Source: a bacterium (GTDB lineage: Bacteria; Elusimicrobiota; Elusimicrobia; UBA1565; UBA9628). From it: a stretch of 64,000 bases of DNA. A program made the position numbers and the translations under genes. The notes under the pieces are model-generated. The model worked only from the letters and a program-made list of their open reading frames with translations. It was not told the DNA's origin and did no database searches. The stretch lies in the NCBI GenBank assembly GCA_021822495.1, contig JAKAQO010000006.1, positions 20,092-84,091 of the forward strand, read 5' to 3'. Below, piece by piece: positions 1 to 8,175 of this stretch; the first letter of the stretch is position 1, and each line of letters opens with the position of its first letter.

Positions 1-54
1 TGAACCCCTACCGGTTTTCAAGACCGGCGCCTTAAACCGCTCGGCCACCTCTCC
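1..54 (-). tRNA. tRNA-Ser (anticodon UGA); the 3' part is cut off by the window edge
   Basis: The reverse complement reads GGAGAGGTGGCCGAGCGGTTTAAGGCGCCGGTCTTGAAAACCGGTAGGGGTTCA. It has a class-II type D-arm. The anticodon stem is CCGGT/ACCGG with loop CTTGAAA (anticodon TGA). A long variable arm begins before the window ends. Confidence 0.8.
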
Positions 55-68
55 AAATTAACGCGCCC

Positions 69-1004
69 TTATGCGGAAACTTTTTGAAATTGCTCCTGCC
101 AGTCGTGGAGTTGCTTAAGGCCCACTCCGACTCCGCCGCAGACAATCGCAAGAATGGATGAGAACTCTCTTAAGATGGAAGCATTTTTATAAAGAGGAGC
201 CAAGGCCGCGCCACAGGCGGGCTCGACTAAAACCTTGTGATCGTCGGCGAATTTAACGCAGGCATCTACCGCGTCAGCGTCAGAAACTGTCTCATCAATG
301 ATTCGGTGCTTTTGAGTCCACTCCCAAAGGGCCGGGGTGATGACCTTTGTGCCGAGGCTGGTCGCGATGGTCTCGACTTTATTGACGGAAACCAGTTTTC
401 CTTCTTTTAGAGAAGCGTTGAGCTTGGCCGCGCCTTTAACTTCGCAGGCGATGACAGGAATGTCTTTGAGCCCGTGCGCGTGAAGACCTTGTAAAATGCC
501 GCAGAGAAGCCCGCCTCCACCGACCGCGACCGCAATCGCGCCGGGTTTAAGGCCGGCTTTGACGATTTCATCAATCAAGCTTGCGTGTCCGTCCCAAATG
601 AGCGGATTGTCGAAGGGATGAACATAGCCGACCTTGGGGTCTCGGGCCAGGCGAGAAGCCTCTTGATGGGCGTCGTCCCAAACCTTGCCGAAAACCCGTA
701 CTTCTGCGCCTTCAAGAGCGATGCGTTCTCTCATGATGGTTGGGGTTGTCTCAGGAACAATCACGGTTGTTTTGATTCCTAATTTTCGTCCAGCATAAGC
801 GGCGGCAAGGCCCGCGTTTCCGCCGGAAGAAGAAATAAAATGAGTTTTTCCCGCTTTCGCGAGTTGTTCGCAGAGGTGTCCAATCCCCCGGATTTTAAAT
901 GAGCCAGACGGCTGAAGCGCGTCCATCTTCAGATAAACCGGTTTTTTAACGATGCGGGAAATGGCCAGCGATTCAAGCAGCGGCGTGTCAAAGTGAAGCG
1001 GCAT
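69..1004 (-). CDS. PLP-dependent L-threonine/L-serine dehydratase (ammonia-lyase), short form without a regulatory domain
   Basis: 311-aa ORF. It has the PLP-lysine motif SGSFKIRG near the N-terminus and the glycine loop VGGGGLL typical of fold-type II PLP enzymes. Confidence 0.8.
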   Translation of the reverse strand: MPLHFDTPLLESLAISRIVKKPVYLKMDALQPSGSFKIRGIGHLCEQLAKAGKTHFISSSGGNAGLAAAYAGRKLGIKTTVIVPETTPTIMRERIALEGAEVRVFGKVWDDAHQEASRLARDPKVGYVHPFDNPLIWDGHASLIDEIVKAGLKPGAIAVAVGGGGLLCGILQGLHAHGLKDIPVIACEVKGAAKLNASLKEGKLVSVNKVETIATSLGTKVITPALWEWTQKHRIIDETVSDADAVDACVKFADDHKVLVEPACGAALAPLYKNASILREFSSILAIVCGGVGVGLKQLHDWQEQFQKVSA

Positions 1005-1548
1005 TTAGATTCTCCTTAATATTCTTTTTGGGTTTTTTAGAATTTCCAAATTGTTCAAGCACTTTAAGGCGCGAGCTTCGGCTCGATTTGTGATGACAAA
1101 GGGCGATGGCGGCGGCGTCGGCGACGTCGGCGGGATGAAGAATTTCTTTAAGGTTGAGCGCGCGTTGGACGGCCCACTGCATTTGAGATTTCATGGCCGT
1201 TCCACTGCCGGTCAAGGTTAATTTTACGGTGCGCGGATTGTATTCTTTAATCTCTTGGTTAGCCAAGGCGGCGGCGAGTACAATAACCCCGCGCGCTTGA
1301 AGGGTCGCCCGCACGGTGGGAGCGGCTTTTAAAAAAAACATTTCTTCTATCGCGACGGCGTTAGGCGCGTGTTGTTTAATCACGCGCTTGACCTCGTTGT
1401 GAATTTGGACCAAGCGTTCGGTCAAGGATTGGGAGGGAAACGTGCGAATAAGACCTGAGGCAATCAGTTTTGGGGTAGCGGCATTTTCTCCGTTTAAAAC
1501 GGCCCATCCGGTTTCAGAGACGCCCGGATCAATTCCTAGAATGATCAC
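988..1548 (-). CDS. ruvC: Holliday junction resolvase RuvC
   Basis: 186 aa. N-terminus MIILGIDPGVSETGW plus an IEEMFF acidic motif, matching the RuvC size and pattern. It overlaps the downstream gene by 17 nt. Confidence 0.9.
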   Translation of the reverse strand: MIILGIDPGVSETGWAVLNGENAATPKLIASGLIRTFPSQSLTERLVQIHNEVKRVIKQHAPNAVAIEEMFFLKAAPTVRATLQARGVIVLAAALANQEIKEYNPRTVKLTLTGSGTAMKSQMQWAVQRALNLKEILHPADVADAAAIALCHHKSSRSSRLKVLEQFGNSKKPKKNIKENLNAASL

Positions 1549-1554
1549 CTGAAG

Positions 1555-2310
1555 CTAAGCCTCAAGCTTGGCTAGAATTTCATCGGGAATATCGAAATTG
1601 GCGTGGACATTTTTAACGTCATCATGTTCTTCGAGAGCGTCCACCAGCGCCAAGACTTTTTCAGCGGTCGCCTGGTCCAAAGTGATGGTGGTGTCCGGCT
1701 TCATAATCGAAGAAGCCGATTCAATTTCATATCCCGCCTTGGTTAAGGCCTCTTTCGCTTTGTCGAGGTTGAGGGGAGAAGTGATCACCTCGCAAAATTC
1801 GGCGTCCTCCATCGAAATGTCGTCGGCTCCCGCTTCAAGCGCGTGGGAGATTAAAGAGTCTTCATCTTTAACGGAAGATTTTTTGACGCGAATAAGGCCC
1901 TGGGGTTTGAACATCCACGCCACGCAACCCGCTTCCCCTTTGTTTCCGCCGTTTTTAGTGAAAATGGTTGCGATCTCGGAACCCGTGCGGTTGCGGCTGT
2001 CGGTCGTGACCTCAACTAAAATCGCGACTCCGCCGGGGCCATAGCCCTCATAAGTCAATTCTTCGTAGGTCGCGCCGGGAATTTCGCCGGTTCCTTTTTG
2101 TATGGCGCGTTTGATGGTGTCTAGGGGCATATTGGCTGCCCGTCCGTCGTCAATCGCGCGGCGCAACCGTGGGTTTCCGGCGGGGTCGCCGCCGCCCATT
2201 TTGGCCGCGATAGTGATTTCGCGGCTGATTTTCGTCCAAACTTTTCCGCGCTTTGCATCCAAGAGCGCTTTTTTATGTTTGATTCCCGCCCAGTGAGAGT
2301 GTCCGCCCAT
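1555..2310 (-). CDS. yebC: YebC/PmpR family DNA-binding transcriptional regulator
   Basis: 251 aa. The N-terminus MGGHSHWAGIKHKKA...DAKRGK is characteristic of the family. A GGAGG Shine-Dalgarno (SD) sequence lies 5 nt upstream of the ATG. Confidence 0.9.
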   Translation of the reverse strand: MGGHSHWAGIKHKKALLDAKRGKVWTKISREITIAAKMGGGDPAGNPRLRRAIDDGRAANMPLDTIKRAIQKGTGEIPGATYEELTYEGYGPGGVAILVEVTTDSRNRTGSEIATIFTKNGGNKGEAGCVAWMFKPQGLIRVKKSSVKDEDSLISHALEAGADDISMEDAEFCEVITSPLNLDKAKEALTKAGYEIESASSIMKPDTTITLDQATAEKVLALVDALEEHDDVKNVHANFDIPDEILAKLEA

Positions 2311-2360
2311 AAAGCCTCCAAAAATTTTTTACGGCGCCATTTGATGATGCGCTTTCCTTC

Positions 2361-2369
2361 ATTTTAGCA
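2361..2369 (-). promoter_or_regulatory. Candidate extended -10 promoter (TGcTAAAAT) for yebC-ruvC
   Basis: The minus strand reads GTGCTAAAAT, about 50 nt upstream of the yebC ATG. A leader carrying a GGAGG SD follows. Confidence 0.35.
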
Positions 2370-2397
2370 CATCGCGCGCGGGAGCGCGCCGCAGAAT

Positions 2398-2406
2398 TGA
2401 TATAAT
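2398..2406 (+). promoter_or_regulatory. Candidate extended -10 promoter (TGATATAAT), 9 nt upstream of the permease ATG
   Basis: TGATATAAT at 2398-2406 and ATG at 2416. The 9-nt gap tatttcatt has no SD. Confidence 0.45.
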
Positions 2407-2415
2407 TATTTCATT

Positions 2416-3933
2416 ATGTGGAAAAATCTTTTCGCGGCTAAACCCCTTTCCTTGATAATGGAGGAAATGAAAACCGGCAAGCGTTTAAATCGCGTGCTGG
2501 GCCCCTGGCAGTTGGCGGGCGTTGGAATTGGCGGAATTATTGGAACAGGGATTTTTGTTTTGACGGGGGTCGCCGCCCATGATAAGGCGGGGCCGGCCTT
2601 GATTCTGTCTTTTGTCGTGGCTGGAATTGCCTGTATTTTTGCCGCTTTGTGTTACGCGGAATTTGCCGCGATGGTTCCCGTGGCTGGTTCCGCCTACACT
2701 TATGCCTACGCCACATTGGGAGAGCTTTTTGCCTGGATCATCGGCTGGGATCTGGTTTTGGAATACACCGTCGCTTCCGCCGCGGTCGCCCATGGTTGGT
2801 CGCATTATTTCCAGGATTTTATCGGTATGTTTGGAATTTCCATCCCGCATATTTTGACCAATGCTCCTTTTGACTTTAATCCTATTCTAGGGAAATTCTT
2901 TTTGACCGGAACAGTTTGTGATTTTCCTGCGATTGTTATCACATTTCTTATCATGGGTATTTTGGTCGTGGGGGTTCAGGAAAGCGCTTCATTTAACACG
3001 GTGATGGTGTTTATCAAGTTATCTGTGGTTCTATTTGTGATTGTGGTTGGCGCGTTCTATATTCATCCCAAGAACTGGGTTCCCTTCGCGCCTTATGGCT
3101 ATACGGGCATCGGTTTTTTCGGGAAGACGCTGTTGGGAAGAACTGATTCTGCCGGAAATCCGTTGGGGGTTTTCGCGGGCGCGGCGATCATTTTTTTCGC
3201 CTATATCGGTTTTGATGCGGTGTCCACCCAGGCGGAAGAAGCGATTGAACCCCAGAAAAGCGTTCCCTTTGGAATCATCACATCCTTGATTGTCTGCACC
3301 ATTCTCTATATAGCCGTGACTGCGGTTTTGACCGGGATGATCCCATATAAGCAAATCAACGTGGACGCTCCTATTGCCGAAGCCTTTAAGCAAGTAGGGC
3401 TTCCCTGGGCTCAGGGCTTGATTTCCATTGGCGCTTTGGCTGGAATCACCTCCGTTTTACTGGTCATGATGCTCAGCCAGCCGCGCGTATTTTTGGCGAT
3501 GGCCCGGGACGGGCTTTTGCCCCGGAAATTTTTTGGGGCCATTCATGATAAGTTTAAGACTCCTTATAAATCGACGATTTTAACGGGCATTGTCGTGGCC
3601 ACGATGTCGAGTTTGATTCCACTTCGCGTCTTGGCGGAGTTGGGCAATATCGGAACCTTGCTGGCTTTCCTCATTGTTTGCGCCGCGGTTCTCATTATGC
3701 GAAAAACCCATCCGCATACGGAGCGTCCGTTTGCGTGTCCCATGGTTCCTTGGATTCCTGCTGGGGGAATTGTGACATGCCTTCTGCTTATGTTCTCCTT
3801 GCCGGTGGAAAATTGGTGGAGCCTTTTTATCTGGCTTTCTATTGGTCTTGTCATTTACTTTTTCTACAGCCGCCACAATAGCGTTCTAGCCGAAGAAAGG
3901 CGGCGAATTGCCGCGCGCCCGGATCCCGCGTAA
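2416..3933 (+). CDS. APC-superfamily amino acid permease (cationic amino acid transporter-like)
   Basis: 505 aa, polytopic. Typical APC N-terminal segment GVGIGGIIGTGIFVLTG and FAYIGFDAVSTQAEE motif. Confidence 0.85.
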   Translation: MWKNLFAAKPLSLIMEEMKTGKRLNRVLGPWQLAGVGIGGIIGTGIFVLTGVAAHDKAGPALILSFVVAGIACIFAALCYAEFAAMVPVAGSAYTYAYATLGELFAWIIGWDLVLEYTVASAAVAHGWSHYFQDFIGMFGISIPHILTNAPFDFNPILGKFFLTGTVCDFPAIVITFLIMGILVVGVQESASFNTVMVFIKLSVVLFVIVVGAFYIHPKNWVPFAPYGYTGIGFFGKTLLGRTDSAGNPLGVFAGAAIIFFAYIGFDAVSTQAEEAIEPQKSVPFGIITSLIVCTILYIAVTAVLTGMIPYKQINVDAPIAEAFKQVGLPWAQGLISIGALAGITSVLLVMMLSQPRVFLAMARDGLLPRKFFGAIHDKFKTPYKSTILTGIVVATMSSLIPLRVLAELGNIGTLLAFLIVCAAVLIMRKTHPHTERPFACPMVPWIPAGGIVTCLLLMFSLPVENWWSLFIWLSIGLVIYFFYSRHNSVLAEERRRIAARPDPA

Positions 3934-3935
3934 GT

Positions 3936-5597
3936 TTGCCGATGGATTTATCCAGGCTTTGGAAACGAAAAGGGCTGAGTGAATTATCCTCCGAAGCGGA
4001 GACTACTCATGGTCTTTCGCGCTCTCTAGGTCCTACCGATCTTATTTTTCTGGGCATTGGCGCCATTATCGGCGCGGGAATCTTTTCTACGATAGGGACT
4101 GCCGCCGCCGGCCAGACTGACGCCGCCGGTCACGTCGTTCGCTTGGGCGCGGGGCCTGCGATTATTCTCTCCTTTGTCGTGACCGCCGTAGTCTGCGGGT
4201 TTGCCGCCATCTGTTACGCTGAAATGGCCTCCATGATTCCTATTTCAGGTTCGGCCTATACTTATGCTTACGCGACGATGGGAGAACTGGTCGGGTGGAT
4301 TATCGGTTGGGATCTTCTCTTAGAATATGCCGCTTCAAACGTGGCTGTCGCCATTTCCTGGGCGGGATATTTCAATGAACTGGTCCATAATGCCGGGCTT
4401 TTAATGGGCTCTTTCTTGGGACATCCGGGCTTAAATTGGGGCGTGCCGGTTTGGCTGAGCACTTGCCCACGAGGAGCCCCGGCCGAGGTTTTTACGGCGG
4501 CTCCGCATTTTTTTGGAATTCCCATTGTCTTTAATCTGTTCGCCGTTCTCATCATGGCCGGCATTACCTGGATTACGGTCGTTGGCATCAAGGAGTCCAG
4601 CCGTTTTAACGCCATCATGGTCCTCATCAAATTAGTGATTCTTTTGTTTTTTACCGCCGTGGGGATCAGTCTTTTTAAGATGAGACATTGGGTTCCGGCG
4701 GGTTCGGTTTCGGCATGGAAAGGTTTCGCGCCCAACGGTTGGGGCGGAATTTTCTCCGGAGCGGCGATCGTCTTTTTTGCCTACATCGGTTTTGACGCGG
4801 TCTCAACGGCTTCAGAAGAAAGCAAAAACCCCAAGCGCGATATTCCGATTGGGATTATCGGTTCTCTCATCGCCTGCACCGTGATTTACATCGTGGTCGC
4901 CGCGGCTTTGACCGGAATGGCGCCTTATGCGAGTTTAAACAATGCCGAACCCTTGGCCTCGGCTATTGAGCGCCATGCGGCTGTTTCAAGCGGGCTCTGG
5001 ATTACCTTTTGCGCCTTTTTGGTTTCAGTCGGGTCGGTTGTCGCCAATACGGCGGCCCTCTTGGTTTATCAGATTGGTCAGCCGAGAATTTTTTTCTCGA
5101 TGTCGCGGGACGGGCTTTTGCCGTCCTGGTGCGCGAAGATTCATCCCAAATATAAAACGCCGGTCGTGACCACCGTTCTTACGGGCGTCGCCGTCGCGGT
5201 TTGCGCCGCTTTTTTCCCGATTGATGAAATCGTGGATTTGACCAATATTGGAACCCTCTTTGCCTTTATCTTGGTGTGCGGCGGGGTCATGATTTTGCGC
5301 GTGACTGATCCTGAGAGGCCGCGTCCTTTTCGCGCGTCCTGGGTTTGGCTGACGGCCCCGGCGGGAATCATTTCCTGCTTTCTCCTCATGGTTTACTTGC
5401 CCAGAGTCACCTGGGTTCGTTTTTTTGTCTGGCTTTTAATCGGGCTTGCCTTTTATCTTGCGATGGTGGTGTGGAAAGAAAATTTGCGCCAGGACGGAAT
5501 GTCTGAAAGAAAATCTTTCTGGTTGACTGGGCTTGCGGCTGCAATTCTTACGGCGATTGTGACCGGCGGCAGCATCTGGCTGGGATTGTGGAAATGA
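3936..5597 (+). CDS. APC-superfamily amino acid permease, tandem paralog with an extra loop insertion
   Basis: 553 aa. Motifs GIGAIIGAGIFSTIG and FAYIGFDAVSTASEE parallel those of the upstream gene. The start is either TTG 3936 or ATG 3942. Confidence 0.85.
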   Translation: MPMDLSRLWKRKGLSELSSEAETTHGLSRSLGPTDLIFLGIGAIIGAGIFSTIGTAAAGQTDAAGHVVRLGAGPAIILSFVVTAVVCGFAAICYAEMASMIPISGSAYTYAYATMGELVGWIIGWDLLLEYAASNVAVAISWAGYFNELVHNAGLLMGSFLGHPGLNWGVPVWLSTCPRGAPAEVFTAAPHFFGIPIVFNLFAVLIMAGITWITVVGIKESSRFNAIMVLIKLVILLFFTAVGISLFKMRHWVPAGSVSAWKGFAPNGWGGIFSGAAIVFFAYIGFDAVSTASEESKNPKRDIPIGIIGSLIACTVIYIVVAAALTGMAPYASLNNAEPLASAIERHAAVSSGLWITFCAFLVSVGSVVANTAALLVYQIGQPRIFFSMSRDGLLPSWCAKIHPKYKTPVVTTVLTGVAVAVCAAFFPIDEIVDLTNIGTLFAFILVCGGVMILRVTDPERPRPFRASWVWLTAPAGIISCFLLMVYLPRVTWVRFFVWLLIGLAFYLAMVVWKENLRQDGMSERKSFWLTGLAAAILTAIVTGGSIWLGLWK

Positions 5598-5618
5598 TAC
5601 TGAAATTTCAGAAATAAT

Positions 5619-5885
5619 ATGGACCTTAAACTCATGTGGGGCGCTTTTATCACCTTATTTCTCGCTGAGATGGGAGACCGGACTCAATTTGCCGCTTTGG
5701 CCTTGGCGGCGTCAACCCACAAGCCCTGGTCTGTTTTCCTGGGAGCCTTGGCGGGATTAGCCTTGGCGCTTTTACTTGCGGTTATTTTCGCTGATATCGC
5801 GGGTCATTACCTTCCAGAAACTCTGCTTAAGAAAACCGCGGCCCTTCTCTGTGTTGTGATGGGCGCGTGGATGTGGTTTCACTAA
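5619..5885 (+). CDS. UPF0016/GDT1-TMEM165 family cation (Mn2+/Ca2+) transporter, single-repeat half-size form
   Basis: 88 aa with 3 predicted TM segments. It carries one copy of the family signature E-x-G-D-[KR]-[TS] (LAEMGDRTQ). Confidence 0.75.
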   Translation: MDLKLMWGAFITLFLAEMGDRTQFAALALAASTHKPWSVFLGALAGLALALLLAVIFADIAGHYLPETLLKKTAALLCVVMGAWMWFH

Positions 5886-5908
5886 AAAAGGGGACTGTCC
5901 CCTTTTTT
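5884..5908. terminator. Bidirectional intrinsic terminator, A6-GGGGACTGTCCCC-T6
   Basis: A perfect palindromic hairpin flanked by an A-run and a T-run. It lies exactly between the convergent genes ending at 5885 (+) and 5907 (-). Confidence 0.75.
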
Positions 5909-6302
5909 ATTCATCCGGCCAGTGAGACAGAATTTCTTTTCCGGCTTCGGAATCGGGCTTGATTCCCGCTTTGTCGAGATAATCAGCGACATCCTTGCGG
6001 GTGGGGGCATGATCCTTAAGCCAGCTGTGGGCTTCTTGAGTGGGGTTTCCCTGTGGAATTTTAGGAAGCGTCGCCCCTAAATAGAAAAAAACCAAGATCG
6101 CAAAGCCCGCTTCGATGGCCAGCTTAACCAGCTTAGAGCCAATGTCAATGAGTTTAATGGCGATAAAAACCCCGATAGCCGAGACTAAAATCAAGAAAAA
6201 TTGAGCCAGGTGATATCCGTGCGCGTGCCATTGCGGGAAGTGAAACAGGAAAAATAAATATCCAGCGACGGCATAGATGATGAGGCGCAAAAGTGTCAGC
6301 AT
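5907..6302 (-). CDS. Hypothetical membrane protein, last gene of the ExbB-ExbD-TonB-like operon
   Basis: 131 aa with about 3 hydrophobic helices and a charged C-terminal tail. It starts 6 nt downstream of the TonB-like gene. I recognise no family. Confidence 0.5.
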   Translation of the reverse strand: MLTLLRLIIYAVAGYLFFLFHFPQWHAHGYHLAQFFLILVSAIGVFIAIKLIDIGSKLVKLAIEAGFAILVFFYLGATLPKIPQGNPTQEAHSWLKDHAPTRKDVADYLDKAGIKPDSEAGKEILSHWPDE

Positions 6303-6308
6303 AAAGTT

Positions 6309-7022
6309 TTAGTTGGAAGTGAGGGTCAGATGGATTTTTAAAAACGGTTGATGAAAATCTTGCGGTAAAGGCGGAAAGGGAGAGGCGTCTTGAACCGAAG
6401 AGAGGGCCGTCAAATCAAAATCCGAACTGCCCGAGCTTGATTCCGTTTTCAAATCTACAATCCTTCCATCCGGCATAATCTCAAAAACGACCTCGCATTT
6501 CCCCGAAACGGAAGGGAGATTTTTCGACCATTGGTCCCATAGGGCCGCGCGCAACTCGCTAATATACCAAGGGTAGGGGAAGTTTGGCAAGTCCGCCGAG
6601 ACGTTCGCGCTCGCTGCGGGGCCGTTGGCGCTGTTTTGTTTGACCGGAACGACATTTGAATGAACCTTGGACTTTTCAGGAGTGGCGAGCGAAGAGTCTG
6701 AAGAAAGAAGGCTGGGTTTGGGTAAAACGAAATGTCTGGATTTTTTTGGGAAAGAAATTTCTTTGCTGGCGGTTTGGATTTTTGCGTTTTTTTTGGAAGA
6801 GTTTTGCGGGGATTTTTCCGCTTCCGCGCCTTGAATTTTAACCGCGCTGGGACCGACAAAATCGATGGCGTAAAAATGAGGGGTTGTGGAAGCGTAATGG
6901 CGGGCAATCAGAATGAAAGAAATGAGGAGAACGAAATGCGCGAGAAAAGAGCCGACAATGTAGGGAGATAAGTCGGAACTCCAGAGTTTTAACGGATGAT
7001 CAATGGGCATTTCTCTAGTCAA
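6309..7022 (-). CDS. TonB/TolA-like energy transducer (N-terminal TM anchor, low-complexity linker, TonB_C-like C-terminus)
   Basis: 237 aa. It has a single N-terminal TM segment, an S/K/P-rich linker and a C-terminal region (CEVVFEIMPDGRIVDLKTESSSGSSDFD) resembling TonB C-terminal domains. It overlaps the ExbD gene by 4 nt. Confidence 0.65.
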   Translation of the reverse strand: MTREMPIDHPLKLWSSDLSPYIVGSFLAHFVLLISFILIARHYASTTPHFYAIDFVGPSAVKIQGAEAEKSPQNSSKKNAKIQTASKEISFPKKSRHFVLPKPSLLSSDSSLATPEKSKVHSNVVPVKQNSANGPAASANVSADLPNFPYPWYISELRAALWDQWSKNLPSVSGKCEVVFEIMPDGRIVDLKTESSSGSSDFDLTALSSVQDASPFPPLPQDFHQPFLKIHLTLTSN

Positions 7023-7432
7023 TGCGGGGTTTGTGAGACGCCCACCCCTAGCTTTCCAACTCCCAGTCGTTTAGCGGTGTCCATGACATAGACGACTTTT
7101 TCAATCGGCACCGAATGATCGGCTTCGACCAAAACCGTTTTTTGGGCGGCATGGGCCAGCTTAAGAATGAGTTCTTGTTTGAGGTTTCCCCAAGGGATGG
7201 CGTTCCCGCCTACAAGAAGAGCCCCGGAAGAGGTGATTTGGACCGTGAGCGCGTTTGAACTGGAAACGGGGTTGGCCGATTTCGACTTCGGAAGCTTGAC
7301 AGTCAGTTCCGAACGGACGAGCATGGGGGTTAAGACCATGAAGATGATGACTAAAATCAAGGATACGTCGATGAGCGGAATCATGTTGGGTTCCGCGAAT
7401 AAACCTCGAGGGTTTCTTCGCCGGGCCTTCAT
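7019..7432 (-). CDS. ExbD/TolR family biopolymer transport protein
   Basis: 137 aa. N-terminal TM segment with a conserved Asp (MIPLIDVSLILVIIFMV). Confidence 0.85.
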   Translation of the reverse strand: MKARRRNPRGLFAEPNMIPLIDVSLILVIIFMVLTPMLVRSELTVKLPKSKSANPVSSSNALTVQITSSGALLVGGNAIPWGNLKQELILKLAHAAQKTVLVEADHSVPIEKVVYVMDTAKRLGVGKLGVGVSQTPH

Positions 7433-8055
7433 GGGGAGGCTTTTCCGGAGAGATGATCAATGATTTCTTCCGCGATCCAGTCCATCTCGTTTGAAAATTG
7501 TCCCGCCTTGTTGGTGAAATAATTATAAGCCCAGACGGCGGGAATGGCGACTAAAAGCCCGGCGGCGGTTGAGACCAAGGCCTCCGATATTCCGACCGCG
7601 ACAATTCCCGGCCCCGCTCCGGCGGCGCCGGCCAAATCTTGAAAAGCGCGAATGACTCCGACGACGGTTCCGAAAAGTCCGATAAAGGGCGCGGTTGAGG
7701 CAATCGTAGCGAGAAAATTAAGCCTTCTTTCAAGAAGGGCTGTCGCTCTTGAAGTGGCGCGATCGGCTTGGCGTTTTCTCTCCTGACGGTTGGAGGAACC
7801 GACCAGGCTTGCGGTCACGATGGAGGCGGCGATACCTTTATAATTTTTGCTCGCCGTCAAGGCTTGGGAGAGATTTTCATCCTCGATATTTTTTCGAATT
7901 TTTTCCAAAAACAAGTCCATGTCGGCAAGAGATTCCTTAAAGAATTTCCAGCGCTCCCAGACCAAGGCCAGCGAATAGACCGACAAGAGAATGAGAAACC
8001 CCAAAGGGAATCCCCCCGAAACTAAAATTTCTTTGATTGAGATGTGAAAGCTCAT
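7429..8055 (-). CDS. MotA/TolQ/ExbB proton channel family protein
   Basis: 208 aa. C-terminal motif APFIGLFGTVVGVIRAF...GISEALVSTAAGL is typical of ExbB/TolQ. Confidence 0.85.
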   Translation of the reverse strand: MSFHISIKEILVSGGFPLGFLILLSVYSLALVWERWKFFKESLADMDLFLEKIRKNIEDENLSQALTASKNYKGIAASIVTASLVGSSNRQERKRQADRATSRATALLERRLNFLATIASTAPFIGLFGTVVGVIRAFQDLAGAAGAGPGIVAVGISEALVSTAAGLLVAIPAVWAYNYFTNKAGQFSNEMDWIAEEIIDHLSGKASP

Positions 8056-8175
8056 GGAGTTTGACCCATTTTAAGGTATAATAATAAATTATTATATGCC
8101 TGAGCGCAAGTCCATCGTCTTTTGCCGGAATTGGGGACTGTCCCTCATTCTCTTTTCGCGAGAAGAGGCGGTTTA

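Noticed and set aside
5611-5623. 13-nt identity (AAATAATATGGAC) between the UPF0016 start region and the MITE terminal repeat
   Set aside because: The match is short and AT-rich. Given the many 13-mers in a 266-bp element compared with 128 kb of two-strand sequence, it is within chance expectation. No second repeat arm is nearby.
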